A DNA stretch of 56,665 bases, filler included, from Sluysia triapertura (Eukaryota), in NCBI GenBank assembly GCA_046118255.1. It is 4 parts of 4 records of this genome, joined end to end, with 100 filler letters (N's around TTAATTAATTAA, not from the genome) between each part and the next. Parts side by side here need not be neighbours in the genome. Positions count along the whole stretch, not along the records: positions 34,244 to 45,582 come from JBJNIA010185846.1; positions 45,683 to 56,665 come from JBJNIA010190619.1; 2 more parts are not named here. One strand, 5' to 3'. This document shows positions 36,331 through 50,332 of the stretch, piece by piece. A program made the position numbers and the translations under genes. Below the pieces are notes generated by a model. The model did no database searches. It worked only from the letters and a program-made list of their open reading frames with translations, and was not told the origin of the DNA. The first letter of the stretch is position 1. The number at the start of each line of letters is the position of its first letter.

Positions 36331-39300
36331 AGTACATCATCTCCTAAAACTAACCAACCTCTTCATTCAATATGCAGCAATCTATTGCAAGATACTAATA
36401 TTGAAATTCATAATTGGAAATACATCAAGTATCATTCGACTTCCATCTTGTCTTTATCTTGTCTTTTCTCTCTCTACTTCATTCTCTCTATTTTATTTAT
36501 CATTCATTTTCATACTTATTTCTTGACATTCATTATACATTTTGATTTTTCTTATTTATATCTGAATTAATCCGAATAAAATTAAAACTAATTCTAGTAT
36601 CAATCAAAATTTTTTTTTAATTTTTTTATCTAAAAACAATGTGGGTTTAAATGGAAATGACCTTGAAAAAATAGTCATCTAAATTTAAGTGTTTCAATAT
36701 TTATTTACTGAATTAAATTTAAAAAAAATTATTATTTTTACTTTTCTGTTTAAACATTAATTTATTTAAAAATTCAATTATTTAAAAATTATAAATTATT
36801 AAATTTAAATTTATTAAAAATAACGAAATATTTCGATTTAATAAACTGTTAATTATTAGATAAGATTTTATTGATTATTGAAGATTTGTGAAGGCATAAA
36901 CTGATTGTTTCAATGAATTTGTTGAAATGAGAATCAATATGTCTCTAAGCAATGCCACGATATTATAATGTCGTTGTTTAAGAGCTACAATTGCAATAAA
37001 AGTGAATTAATGGTACTGATTAAATATTAAGTTTGAGTATATCCTCCACTGAATCAGATTTATAGCCTTAAAATCGCGTATTCTAGTGCTTCTTAAAATA
37101 TATTTAACACTATATTGTTTTCAATGACTATTACATTTTAAATATGCATCACTATATTTATAAACTGAAATTATTTAATTTAGCGATTTTGTATTTAATT
37201 TATTTCATATTATACCTATTCATTTATTTATTTAGTGTGTACGTTTTTACTTTTAAATCTTTTGCGATACATAACTAATTGTAAATCACATAGATTTGAC
37301 ATATTGAAATACTTTTCCCTAATTTTTATTATTATTTTTCACAAAAGAAATACGTCACTATTTTCACGAAATATTTCAATCGCTTTGAATCATTCGATAT
37401 TTATTGCATTAAGAATTAAAAAATTATAATTTATTTATTTATTTATTTATTTATATTAAAAAATACAATTAAAATTTTCTAATAAAATTTAATTTGCAAT
37501 TTATTTTCAATTAAGTGAACTAATTAATTTTAAAATTAAACAATTTTTATTATTATTATTCTTATCATTACTATTATTATCATTTATTATTATCATCATC
37601 ATTATTATCATTATTANNNNNNNNNNNNNNNNNNNNNNNNNNNNNNNNNNNNNNNNNNNNNNNNNNNNNNNNNNNNNNNNNNNNNNNNNNNNNNNNNNNN
37701 NNNNNNNNNNNNNNNNNNNNNNNNNNNNNNNNNNNNNNNNNNNNNNNNNNNNNNNNNNNNNNNNNNNNNNNNNNNNNNNNNNNNAAATGCTTCTACTAAA
37801 ATGTTAATATAACTTCTCTATTGATGAGTGAATCTTTAAAATTTACGTGCTATGTTTAATACGCTGAAATGACGTGAAACTTGAATGTGTTTAACTGATG
37901 TTTTGCAATTTATATTTGTTTATACTTAACTCTTAATCTTTTAGCAATAATTTTAACTTATTTACTGATATTTTCTCGTAAAAGATTTCTCTGGAAGTAC
38001 ACTCTTTTATTAATACAAGCTTTCTTTATTAGCTTATTCTGAAAATATTATTTAGTATGTTTATTGTGAATTCAGATACTCGTTTCTTTGATCGTTTCAA
38101 TGTCCAATACTATATGAAAGTAACATGATCCCATTCTATTGCAGAATGTCGGATTTAGAATAGTTGTTAGCGTCAACTTATTATTTTTTATTCCTACAAT
38201 TTTATTCTTCCATTGGGCTCTATTATCAATTCTTCAAGATTAATTAGTTATAAGAAAAATTTGAACTCGATGAAAATTTATTAACTGAATACACAAAAAC
38301 AACTAATAATGATAAAAGTAATGAATTTAAATAGTTTAACCTTCAAGCAGATGATACAATAAATATTACTCACTTGTATATCCAAAATCTCGATAATTAA
38401 GGATAAATCAACAAATATTTTCATATATTCAAATCAAATTCTTCTCAACAAATATCCTCTCTCCAAAAAATCAATAAGTATCCTCGTATGTTTAAAATGA
38501 ATTATTTTTATTATTGCAGTTTTTTTGTAGCTATTTATAGTATTAATTTTGTGTAATAGCATGTATATAATAATAACCTTACCAATAAAAATATATAACG
38601 ATGATGTGTTTAATTTTTATGTTTAAATTTTATAACACACTAATTTTGTCAACAATGTTTAGTAATGGGTACAATAATGATTTTGTCAATGATAATATAG
38701 TGGTATGTATAATATGTATATTTATGCAATATTATTAATAATAAGCACTGAATAATAAATATTTCCTTCTGCATTAATGATTTGTTAAATTTGATTCATT
38801 CTTATTTTAAGATGATTTTTCTCGATTATAATGCATTTAAATTTGATATTGCATTCTCTATTCTGCGTGATCTTTAATTTAAGTTGATTTTGATCGATAA
38901 TAATGCTATTAATTTTTAATTACATACTAGTTCTATTCAATCTCAATTTAATATAATTTAAACTTACACATAACATTCTGAATCACGTTTTTAAGATAAT
39001 TCTAATAGGATATTATGTTCCTAAATTTTGATTTCATATTGCTGTTATTAATTTTTAATTTAAGATGATGTATTGACTATAATAATAGAATTTACTTTTT
39101 TTTAATTTTAATTTTCATATTGTTTCGTAGAATCACATTTTAAAATGGTTACTTTTACTTTTTCAATTTAAAATTGGTTTTTATTTGTTATACATTTTAA
39201 ATTTATATTAATTCTATTAAATCTTATTTTAAATTGATATAAAAGCATTATAATCTTAATGATAATGATTTTAATTTTATTTTAAAATAATTTTATTTAA

Positions 39301-40371
39301 GAAATAAATTTAAATTAAATGGATTTTAGATTTAAAATTTTGAAGGAAAAAGAAATGAATATTATGTTTTATTATCATTATAATGATCATTATTAATAAT
39401 ATCATAATTATTATCATTATTATTATTGTTGTTGTGTTTATTGACCTACTTAAACTAACAATTATAAAATTATCTATAATATATGGTTTATGTCTCTACG
39501 AAAGACAGTTAGATGTTTCAGTCAAATTAACTGCGAAAAGAATCCTTAATCGCTGCTATTTATTTCAATAATTATTCTAACTTTTCAACTATAATCAATG
39601 TATTTCAGGGTCCTTAATGATAAAATTGAAAATTCTCAAACAACGCATTTCTGTAGAATTTCCTTTAAATCTTTTTAAAATCTCTTAATCACTCGTGAAT
39701 TTCTTGTCAATCTTAATTATTGATTTAATTTCCTTTATCTTTCGTAGATTTTTTATCTTAATAATCAGTATCTTTAAGTCGTTTGATTTTACTCAAAACA
39801 TTTGAATCTTAGTTTTAATTATAAACAACAAATCTATTAAATAAGTTGATTAGTGCTTTCAATTTAAATTTAATTAAAACAAATGCAAATGTCAATAAGA
39901 TATTATGTAGTATATGCAAATGTATGCAAATGCTAAGTAAATTAAAATTGTATCCATAAATAGAATTATCGATTAATTTATACAATCATGTATTAATGTT
40001 TAATATTATTTTTTATATTTTAATAAAACTTTTAACTTTAAGTTGAAAATGCTTTTGGTTTGGAATTTTAAATTTGGAAAATTTTAAAGTAAGCATTTAA
40101 TTATTTTTTCATTTTAGGGAATATTATTATTATTTTAATTAAATTATTATTATCATTTTTGTTATTAATGACATTATTTAAATTATTGTTTAAAATATTT
40201 TTAATGACCTTCAAGATCATCTTTTTAATAGATATAATAAAATAACGAATAACTAAATAACTAATTACAATTCTTTTGATTTTTTAAAAATAATTTACAC
40301 AAATATTAATATTACAATAAAATTTTACAATTACAATTAAAAATGGTTCTTTAAAGGTACATTATTTACAC

Positions 40372-40708
40372 CTTTTTACATCGTCACATTATTATTTTAT
40401 CATCATTATTATTATCATTGTTAAGTTGTAAATCTAGTAATCTTTTTACATCTTCACATTATTATTTTATCATCATTATTATTATCATTGTTAAGTTGTA
40501 AATCTAGTAATCTTTTTACATCTTTACATTATNNNNNNNNNNNNNNNNNNNNNNNNNNNNNNNNNNNNNNNNNNNNNNNNNNNNNNNNNNNNNNNNNNNN
40601 NNNNNNNNNNNNNNNNNNNNNNNNNNNNNNNNTAATCTTTTTACATCTTTACATTATTATTTTATCATCATTATTATTATCATTGTTAAGTTGTAAATCT
40701 AGTAATCT
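40372..40708. repeat. 70-bp tandem repeat spanning an assembly gap
   Basis: Unit CTTTTTACATC...GTTAAGTTGTAAATCTAGTAAT starts at 40372, 40442 and 40512, and again after the gap 40533-40632. Confidence 0.9.
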
Positions 40709-41299
40709 TATGCAATGTTAATAATTTGATTGTTAAAATAATTTAATATAAGCTTTTAGAACAACACACACTTAAAATTTATAATTTTTGTGATGAAGAT
40801 TTTTCAAATTATATTATAATAAATTATTCATGCGAAGCTAACAAAGTTTAGGAATAATATTCACAGAGATTTTTTGGACATTGATCTGTACTTATCGTTA
40901 GTTACATTTTATATAAGCTGTGCAATATTTAAAATTGCTTCATTAAAATCCAAGTAAAATCATTTTAATTAAGATAGTTTCATAAAATCATTCATTTAAA
41001 ATACATGAGTAACAGATTATTATTAAAATAATCTAATTAAATTATTTATTTTCTACCTTATTATATAAATTTTGCATTTGTTTTTTTATATTAAACGGTA
41101 CAAGTAAATTTTATTATAAAATCACATTTAATTTTTTAAGAAAACAGTAAGTGTACATATACCTTTTCACGTACTAATTCTTATATTAAACTTCTGGTTA
41201 AAAAATTCAACGGTCTAGCCATAACCTGTAAGCCTAGATACGTTGGTAAACTCACTTATATTATTTTATTCTGTAAGGTTAAGTAATCACTCTTTACTA

Positions 41300-41560
41300 A
41301 TCATTTTCTAACATCATTATCATTATAAATATTCTTATCATTAATATTATTATTATCATTATAAATATTATTATCATTAATATTATTAGTATTATTATCA
41401 GTATTATCATTATAAATATTATTAGTAATATTATCTTTATTATTATCATTACTAGTAATATTATAATTATTATTATCATTATTATTACTACTATTATCAT
41501 TATTATTATTATCAGTATTATTATTATTATTTTATTTGTTATTTATTGATTATTATTATT
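41300..41560. repeat. Degenerate (ATT/ATC)n microsatellite
   Basis: Direct inspection. Confidence 0.95.
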
Positions 41561-42024
41561 TCGCATAGACCTGCTTGTTCCGGGATCATCAATAACTATA
41601 CCTTTACATCTATTATAATGTTTATAATACAAATATGTTTTGGAAATTTTTATTCACTTTTTTGTGACCTTTCCAAATCGATAAATATATTTCATTTAGC
41701 TATATTTTAGTTTTGTGTACACAGAATTTGTTTATTCTTTCTTTAAGTCTCCGTTACTATGCCAACAAACAAATTGAAGTGTCGATTGACACTCTGTGTT
41801 AACTGAATAAAGAAATAAATATGTAAAAACGATGAAACAGATTACTTCCTCAAATAAAAGAGTTACTAAGGAATTAATTATTGATAATTATCGCATAATA
41901 ATACGGCAAAAGTGTATATTTATTACATTTGAACGATAGATATGTCAAGTTGCCGGCACAACCTTCTAAAATCATTTAAAATATCATCACAATCTTAAAA
42001 ATCGTTTAAAAAATCTAATTGTCT

Positions 42025-42068
42025 GATAGATCGGGTTCGATCCCGGTCAGTCCACTTTATGAAGTTTA
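42025..42068 (+). mobile_element. Family A 3' fragment with B box
   Basis: GGGTTCGATCCCGGTCAGTCCACTTTATGAAGTTTA. Confidence 0.75.
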
Positions 42069-42175
42069 CGGTAAATTTCGACTCTTTAATTTTAAAATTA
42101 TAAAATCCACTCATTTATTTCAATTATTAGTCTCGATATATTGAGGAGTAAACTCTTACTTAATATTTTGCAGTT

Positions 42176-42230
42176 ACTGTGGTTTTCTTAAATCTAAACC
42201 TACCCCAAAATAAAAATTTGAGAAGGTTTT
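42176..42230 (-). repeat. Family B arm fragment
   Basis: CTGTGGTTTTCTTAAATCTAAACCTAC...AAAATAAAAATTTGAG is the reverse complement of part of 49470-49523. Confidence 0.65.
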
Positions 42231-44300
42231 CTTATAACTGTGCGTGAGTAAATCTTAAAAAGAGGGTTCAATGAATCTGATTACAAATAATAATTAAAAA
42301 ACAAATGATTTATTAACGATTATTAAATTTAAAGCATCAAAAAATGAAGACAGTAAAAATTCGACAATTATATTTAATTTATAAAAATTGCCTTCATTAT
42401 ATTGGTGCAAATAAAATGTAATAAAAATTAATTTGTTAATTTTAATGTTTTCATCTCTTCTACCAAGATAAAAAACGCCGACAAAAACAGCTTACTAATG
42501 TCATGGAAACAATGTTGTGGAATTGGTAGAAGTTGATGATGATCTCCAGAAAACAATAAAATATGAGTAAATTTTTAATGGAATCCGTCTTAAAATTGCA
42601 GCTATTCATAAAATTGGCTGCCAATAATAACATTCTAGAAACTTCTTTTTTCTATTTTTAGTATTATCTAGTTTATTATTCATTTTCGAGTACAATAAAA
42701 TTATAACTGCGACCGAGCCTGATCAAAAATATTTTACTAAAGCGTAAATGAAATAAATTCATGAAGCTATTAAAAATCGAAAATTAAAAATTACAATGTT
42801 CTGCAGCTTAATGAAATATTCTAATTAATTTCTTTTTTACTTTTCAATTAATAATGGAAAAAATGAAATAAGTGGTTTTTATCGTTTTTAATTTACATTT
42901 TGAATTGATTTCCTGAATTTAAAATCAAGAAAAACATCGAAAATGATTAATTTAATACGTCGTTCCGTGATAGAGAGTAGAAGAGGATGTTATCATATTA
43001 TTGAAAGTTGATATTGAAATTCGAAGCCTTTTATTTTATTATAATAACTTCACAAATAAATATGAGTGAAGATCAATAAACAATAAACAATGCAAATAAC
43101 AAGGTCAGATGATAAAGCACCAATCATATCTTTATCTTTGTGTATTGTGTTTTGTGTTAGTGTGTCTAATGAATAATAATAATAAACGAAGTTGTTTATT
43201 TCCTTGTTTCACCAGAATTATATAATGTGTGTATGGAGTGATAGGAATATGTGTGTGTGTTTGTGATTGTGTAATGCTAAAAATAGACTATTTTATGTAC
43301 ATTTAAAATAGTTGGTATTTAAAATACTTTATTGGATCTAAAATTAAATTAAATTAATTCATAAGAAAAGTTATTAATGAAAGCAAGAATTAACAATTAA
43401 TATAAGAATTATTATAGAAATTAAAATTAAAATCAATAAATAATTATATAATTATTATTGATAATGTAATAATGGAGTAAATGCATGCTACAAGAAAGTT
43501 GATAGCATTATATTATCGTAGCATATTAAAAACCTTGAAAAGTTAATGATTATGTTGATATCAGTATATATAATAATTGTATCAATGAATGTTTTCCGAC
43601 ATTGAACTTAGTAATGGAAGATAAATGTATTTGTGGTTTATATCGTTATGCTGTAAAATCAATTTTTATTCTATTGAATCAATTAGTACCACATCAAAAA
43701 TGCGATGCTAAATCATTATTTTGAACATTATTTTATGCTTATATTCAATTTCAGTTTCAAAAAGCAACACTTGTTATACAAAAATAATCTCAATTTATTA
43801 AAATATTCGTCTATTTTTGTCACAATTTTATCTAAGTTTCTCGCAGCTATGTCGTTTCTGTATACTTCAAAAAAGGCTTAATACATTTGATTGATTTATA
43901 ACATTTTGGAGTATTTTGTACTTTTACAATAAGAAAAAAATTCATAAAATAATACTGTTATATAAATAATTTTATAGAAAAAGTTTCTATTTTCAATCGT
44001 ATGAAACTAAATAATGATGCTATTTATATTTTTTAAGTAGATTATGAATAAAACGAAAATAAGCTTAGAAATTTTTAGCATTAAAATATTTTAATAGCAA
44101 ATAATTTTATGGAAATAATTTTTGGAAGTTTACAATTTATTTTTAAAGATAAACATGTACTTCAAAAGATATATTTAAATACCTTTGGAAAGTAAATAAT
44201 CGAATTAATCCATTCGGATATTTATCAGAAGATGTCGTATAAAATGCTGACAAACATTTAAGTAATTCAAGGAGCACCATTAAAAACTAATTTAGAAGTT

Positions 44301-44363
44301 CTGTGGTTGTCTTACGCTAAACCTACAACAAAATAAAAATTGAGCCGGGTCTGGTTACACTAA
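44301..44363 (-). repeat. Family B arm fragment
   Basis: CTGTGGTTG...AAACCTAC...TTGAGCCGGGTCTGGTTACACTAA. Confidence 0.65.
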
Positions 44364-44740
44364 CCTCTTATATCGTAAAGAGGTTGTTTCTGTAAGTGTA
44401 TATAGCCTAACTTGTGCGTAAAAATTTTAATGTAAACTTGACTGAAATATCATTAAATCTTAGATAGTTTTACGCTTAATAACTTGTGTTTATGATCACA
44501 ATTAATCCAATCGTTGCACTTTTACCGATAAAAGTATGATGGTAATTTATTTAACCGATGATAGGCACTGCTATTACGCGACTTTCGAAAGTTCCGTATA
44601 CTTATTTTCACTGCATATAGTCAATTTATCTCAATTTACACGTTTTGTGATTATTTGGTTAATTTCTTTAATTGGCGTATGCTTATTTATATTTTATGTT
44701 CATTTAATTTTATACTAGTTGTAATGGTAGTAGTAATATT

Positions 44741-45004
44741 CAGAACCGTAACTAGGCCTGAAGGGGTCCTTAGAGGGTTGACGAATGAATATATGTGCTC
44801 CCATAAAGAACAGTTAAGTATCTATTGTACTTTGTTAGCTTTATATTTTGTACGTTGATTGGTTTTTATTTTATATACGAATTGAATTTGTATACTGTTC
44901 GTTACAAATATAATTGTTCCGTTATATATAGTTGTGCTTTTGGGGCTACAGGGGGCCCGAATTTAATATCTTGTACAAGCTCTCAGAAACTAGTTGCGGT
45001 ACTG
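44741..45004. mobile_element. hAT-type MITE, 264 bp
   Basis: 15-bp TIRs CAGAACCGTAACTAG / CTAGTTGCGGTACTG (13/15). 8-bp TSD GTAATATT / GTAATAGT (7/8). Internal GGGGCCC motif. Confidence 0.85.
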
Positions 45005-45333
45005 GTAATAGTAGTAATAGCAGTAGTGGTATAAGTAGTAGTAATAATAGTAAAAGTAATAGTAGTACTAGTACTAGTACTTCTAGAAATAGTAGTAGTT
45101 ATTGGTAGTCGTAGTAGTAGTAGTAGTAATAGTAGTAGTAGTAGTAATAGAAATAGTAGTAGTAGTAGTAGTAGTAATAGAAATAGTAGTAGTAGTAGTA
45201 ATGGAAGTAGTAGTAGTAATAGTAGTAATAGTACTAGTAGTACCAGTAGTAGTAATAGTAGTAGTAGTAGTAGTGGTAGTAGTAGTAGTAGTAATAGTAG
45301 TAGTAGTAGTAGAAATAGTAGAAATAGTAGTAG
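45005..45333. repeat. (AGT)n microsatellite
   Basis: Direct inspection; source of the poly-Val/Thr/Leu ORFs. Confidence 0.95.
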
Positions 45334-45582
45334 TTTCAATAGAGACCATGTATATTTAGGGTTATCATTGTTTTTTCGCCAAACCGGGACGGTAAAATTT
45401 TTTTCAACACCCCTCCGCCCTCCCCAAAAAAAATTTTTTTGTGTTTTTCATTATACATATATAATTAATTAATTACCTTTATACTAAAAAGTTCAAAGTT
45501 AGAGGCACATACGTCACACATATACGTATGCGTTTGAGTCATACAGTATGACGCATCAAATATGTTTTCAAAATTTTTTTCG

Positions 45583-45682
45583 NNNNNNNNNNNNNNNNNN
45601 NNNNNNNNNNNNNNNNNNNNNNNNNNTTAATTAATTAANNNNNNNNNNNNNNNNNNNNNNNNNNNNNNNNNNNNNNNNNNNN
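45583..45682. other. Artificial contig linker
   Basis: 44 N + TTAATTAATTAA + 44 N. Confidence 0.95.
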
Positions 45683-45931
45683 TCTGATTTCATATACACT
45701 ATAGTCTGTTATTATTTGATAGTGTATGTGTTATTATTTTTCCCTGTTAATTTTAATTATTACTATTTCATTCACTTATTTATTTATTATTATGTTATTA
45801 AATTTTATATGTAGAATTATTAATTTAAATTTTATATGAGTTAATTTAATGCAGATTAAGCTAAATTTGAAATGAATTTATTTTGTTTCTACTTATTTTA
45901 ATTTTATTTTATCTTTTATTTTATTTACACT

Positions 45932-47147
45932 ATGATCAGAGAAAGGTTCAAGCAAATTCTACGATTTATTCGTTTTGACAAAAGAACCGAAAGAAGTATC
46001 CACCTACAAACAAATAAATTTTCGGAAATATGGGGCAGGTTTATTGAAAATAGTCACGCTTGCTAACAGTTGAAGAGCAATTATTTACGTCAAAAGCCAG
46101 GTGCAGGTTTACACAATATTTGCCTAATAAACCAAACAAATTTGGCATCAAATTTTGGCTTGTATCAGATGTTAGTAGAAAATATATTTTGAATGGTTTT
46201 CTTTATGTAGAGAAAGATGAACAACGACCATGGTCAATGCTTCTCAATGAACACGTTGTTGTGAAACTTGTCGAGCCATATACAAACTGTGGAAGAAATA
46301 TCACGGCCGATAACTTTTTCACTAGTGTGTCACTCGCGACAAAATTATTGGCAAAAAAATCAACTCTAGTTGTAACTATTAGAGGAAACAAAAGAGAACT
46401 ATCCAAAGCAGCCAAACAAACGAAGAATAACATGCCTCGTTTTTCCACTTTGCTACATAAATCAGAGAATTGTGTTCTTACAATATGTAAAAGCAAACCA
46501 AATAAAAAAGTAGTTATTCAAAGTTCTAAACATAAATTGATAAAATTGATAAAAGTAATAAAAAATGTTACCGGAATCAATTCAATTTTATAAAAGTACA
46601 AAATTTGGAGTTGATATGGTGGATCAGATGACCAGAAAATATACAGTAAAAGCTACTTCTCGTATACGGCTCCTCCAAATATTTTTCAATATTTTAGATT
46701 TGGCTGCCATAAATGCTTGCCATAAAGAAACGACAGGCATACAAATAGAACGAAAATAGTTCTTATTTCAATTAGCAGAACAGCTTTCCGACGAATATAG
46801 AGTTGTAGGACAAAAAAATTTATCAGAACATGAAAACCCACAAGATCAACTTCAGCCCATTCTCACAAACGCAAATTTTGTCAAGTACGACTTTGCCACA
46901 ATAACAAAACAAATAATATATGTGAAAAATGTCAAAAGTATGTTTGCGGAAGATGTACACATAAAAAGACTTCCACTTTCATTTGCATAAAATGTACAAA
47001 TAATAATGCATAAATTATTTTTTTCCAATTAAAGTAAATTTTTTTATTGTTAATATAACTGTAAATAATATAAGAAATATTAAAAATTAATTTTAAACAA
47101 ATTTCTTTACACATTAGTTACTTTTTCACAATGCAGTCATTTTGACT
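45932..47147 (+). mobile_element. piggyBac transposase pseudogene (PGBD4-like), 5'-truncated
   Basis: RERFKQILRFIRFD, TVEEQLF, QYLPNKPNKFGIKFW, NITADNFFTS, TKFGVDMVDQM and FFNILDLAAINA, then a C-terminal Cys-rich domain ending at TAA 47013. Several frameshifts. Subterminal palindrome CAGTCATTTTGACTG near 47133-47148. Confidence 0.92.
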
Positions 47148-47413
47148 GTTTCTGGGCAATATGGGTATACAAGAAATCTCGGGCAAATTGAAAATATAAT
47201 GTTTAGAAATTTTGTAAGAAATCTTAGTCCATTTATTTCTTTTATTCTAAACATTACGTTGATGTTTAACTTTACGATGGGTAATTTTTATTCTTGTTCA
47301 TTTAATCGAATCGAACTCGTTTTCGATAGTAGATGCGAAAGTGCAAATTCTATTGGTTAAACTACTTCAATCTCAAAATTTAAGGTGTTTATTACCTTAT
47401 ATTAAATGATTCA

Positions 47414-48170
47414 AAAGGCATTAACAATGAAATACGAGAAAATATCATAAAAGCATATATTTACAGAATGAAAAAGAAGGAAATTTAAAATTATCAACAG
47501 TTTATTCAACTGTGGATTCTTACATTAAAACCCGAGAAACTGAAGCTAGGCCAAAATTAAATGAAGACTAGATAAACACATTGAAAGATGATACCATATC
47601 TTTGAGTGATTTAGTTGGTAAATGTGAAGAAGTTTATAATATCACTGTTTCTACAACTTCAATTGCTAATTACACTATGGGCTTCAAACATTCACTAATC
47701 CCAGAGCGCAGAAACACTACAGAATATATTGATGAGAGAATGGATTATGCAAGAAGATTTTGCAGAAATACTTGCTTCGAACTTTATATTTATCGATGAG
47801 GCTAGGTTCAACGTTTCAATGAGGACATCAAGAGGAAGATCAGCACTTGGTTCGCCTGTGGTATCGATATGTTATGCAATTTCCCAATCTGAAATCTTGA
47901 ATTAAAAATCCAAAAATTTGGCTTTTAATTCAATTCCTTACCAACTTGATCGACAAAATAAAAGAAAAAAATAATGAAAGAATATCCATAATGAATAAAG
48001 GCTTTGTTAAGAGCGGTAAATGTTGAGTTTATTCTCTATTTTAAAATCCCATTGAGAATGCTTTTTCGAAATGGAAAGAATTAGTACAAAGGAAAAAACC
48101 AAATAATAAGACAGAAAGAGTGCGTGAATATGATGCTAATATGTAGAGAAGGTGAAATTATTATTGATTA
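47414..48170 (+). mobile_element. Decayed IS630/Tc1-family transposase
   Basis: INNEIRENIIKAY, ITVSTTSI, IPERRNT, IFIDEARFNVSM..SRGRS and NPIENAFSKWK appear in order across frameshifts. Confidence 0.85.
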
Positions 48171-49423
48171 AATTTTATATCTTATATATTGTTCAAATTA
48201 TAGGGATAATCAAAAAAAATTCAAAAAAGGGGTTAAAACCATGTAATAAATAATTTAACACACCGAGGATGGATCATGTGAATTATCATATTGTATGTTC
48301 TGGAGTTATGAAGATTCCTTATTTAAAGCTAATCGTTTTATTTTACTATGGACACTAAACTGGACCGTAATAATTACTAATAAAAGGTTTTAGCAACGAT
48401 TTAACTAAGGTTGGTTAAAATGAACCTGATTACTCAAATATTCGCTGATTTTAGTAACAATTAACAAAACGATATACTGATGTGACAAAAAGAAATAATA
48501 CATGTGGCTTACAAAATATCAAGATAATAATTTGCGAATTTAAAAAGATTACTTTAGATTAATAATCTTATGTAAATAAAGTTTAAAAATGTTTTACTAA
48601 GTTGACAAATTAAATGTTAATTGAAAGATTTCTCTTTAAGATTTTACTGAACTTAAACTTATGTAAACGAATAAACTAACGAATTATTTAATCTTTTTCC
48701 CGTAATGAATGCATATTTCCAAGCGATTTTACAACAAAAATTTGGTTATAAAAACTTGTAAACAAATGAACTGTTGTGAAAAGTTACCTTTTATAGTTAA
48801 ATTTTTCTGACCTTGGTATGATTTAATTAATTTGCATTTTATTCGTTAGTTTTATTTTATTCAAATTTAACAATTATTTTATTTTTTGAAGTTATTAAAT
48901 TTATTAATTAATTTATTTAATTAAATTTAAATAAAATAATACAAAATAAAATATCCAAAGTATTAATTCCGTAATTACATAATAATTAAATAAACAATAT
49001 TAAATATTTTCTAAGGGCTGAATTAGCATTATTTTAAACAAAGATAAAATCTCTTCAAACTGCTTTTTTCTTCAGTTTTAACATTTCTTTAGCATACTGA
49101 ATAATGTAAACTGTAGGTCTTAAGCGGTTGCTATATTTTGTAAACATACCAACGCGCAATAATGCGGGCCCGGCGCTTTAAGTGTTAATATATTTAATTT
49201 AATGTAACCTTATAATTGTAATCTTTAGTTAAAATCATCAGAAATAATATTGTTAAGTTGTCATCACATCCCTCTAAAATCATATTCGTTGGATTTTGTT
49301 CAATTACGTAAGTTTTAATAAGGTTATATAACACCCTCTTAAACTGTTTTTTTATTAATACTTAGTTAGAAACGTTTTAGATAAAACATATTATCGAATA
49401 AATATATTAAGATTATTAACTTT

Positions 49424-49640
49424 AAGTTACAGTAACGCTAACTACACGTAAGTCGTTCACAGTAACCGGACCGTGCTCAATTTTTTATTTTCCCGTAGGT
49501 TTAGATATAAGAAAACCACAGCAATATAAATTGTCAAGACTACAATTATCAAAATTATCACAAATAATAACATGCTGTGGTTTTTTCTAACGGCAAAATA
49601 ATTTTTAACGCGGCCCGGTTACAGTAAACTTCTTACAACT
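49424..49640. mobile_element. Family B fold-back element (two inverted arms, ~50-bp spacer)
   Basis: Left arm ends AGAAAACCACAGCA (about 49523). Right arm starts TGCTGTGGTTTT (about 49573) and contains CCGGTTACAGTAAAC. Confidence 0.7.
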
Positions 49641-49839
49641 TATAGTTGATTATCTTACAACCTAAAACTACTAGTCAAATTTAGAAAATCCTCCAATAGT
49701 CTTTATAAATACTATTTTAAGAAGATGAATAAAACTAAAAATTCAAAAAACCTTATTATTATTCAAAAATTTAATAATTTACAAAATTCAATATAAAATT
49801 ATAATTTTAAAGTTTAACTTTTTAACTTTTGTAATGTTT

Positions 49840-50160
49840 AATTTAATTTATTTTGCCCGTCAATATATCGAGGAAACCTAATTTTTTTTAAAGATTTAAC
49901 TTTTCGTGGATTTTAAGATTTTAATTTTATTAATTAAAATTAATACTACCTCATAAAAAATAACTTACAGTTAACACGGATATTGATGAGAACTTCTACA
50001 AATCAATTGTGAATCCCTTGAATTCAAAACAACGAATTTTGCAAATGACAGATTTCAAAATGACGATATTCTCATTAAACTGAGGCTACTTTAAATACTA
50101 GTCATCAGCCAATGAGAATCAATGGAATGTTCTACAGCATTCTAGAAGCTTCTATTATAT
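49840..50160. repeat. Dispersed repeat family D, copy 1
   Basis: Shares ATTTTGCCC(G/A)TCAATATATCG, TTCAAAATG(A/G)CGAT, AATACTAGTCATCAGCCAATG and CATTCTAGAA with 52250-52690. Confidence 0.75.
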
Positions 50161-50316
50161 TTTTAGAAGCGAATTTTATTTTTTAGAAATTTTCTTTTCT
50201 TTTTTCGAAAAATAATTAATTTTTTGGAAAAAAGATTTTTAAATGATTCTAATTGATTTTTAAGTGATTTTAAATAATTTTAAAGTGTTATTGCAACATT
50301 TCAAATTATTATATAG

Positions 50317-50332
50317 GGTTGTCATGACAACC
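50317..50332. promoter_or_regulatory. RFX X-box-like palindrome
   Basis: The perfect 16-bp palindrome GGTTGTCATGACAACC fits the GTTNCCATGGNAAC-type consensus. Confidence 0.4.

Noticed and set aside
38300-39800. Exon-like minus-strand segments with in-frame TAA/TGA, suggesting stop-codon reassignment
   Set aside because: TAA, TAG and TGA all terminate well-supported genes here (ALKBH7, innexin, HMGXB4). A decayed pseudogene or chance is more likely, and no family was recognised.
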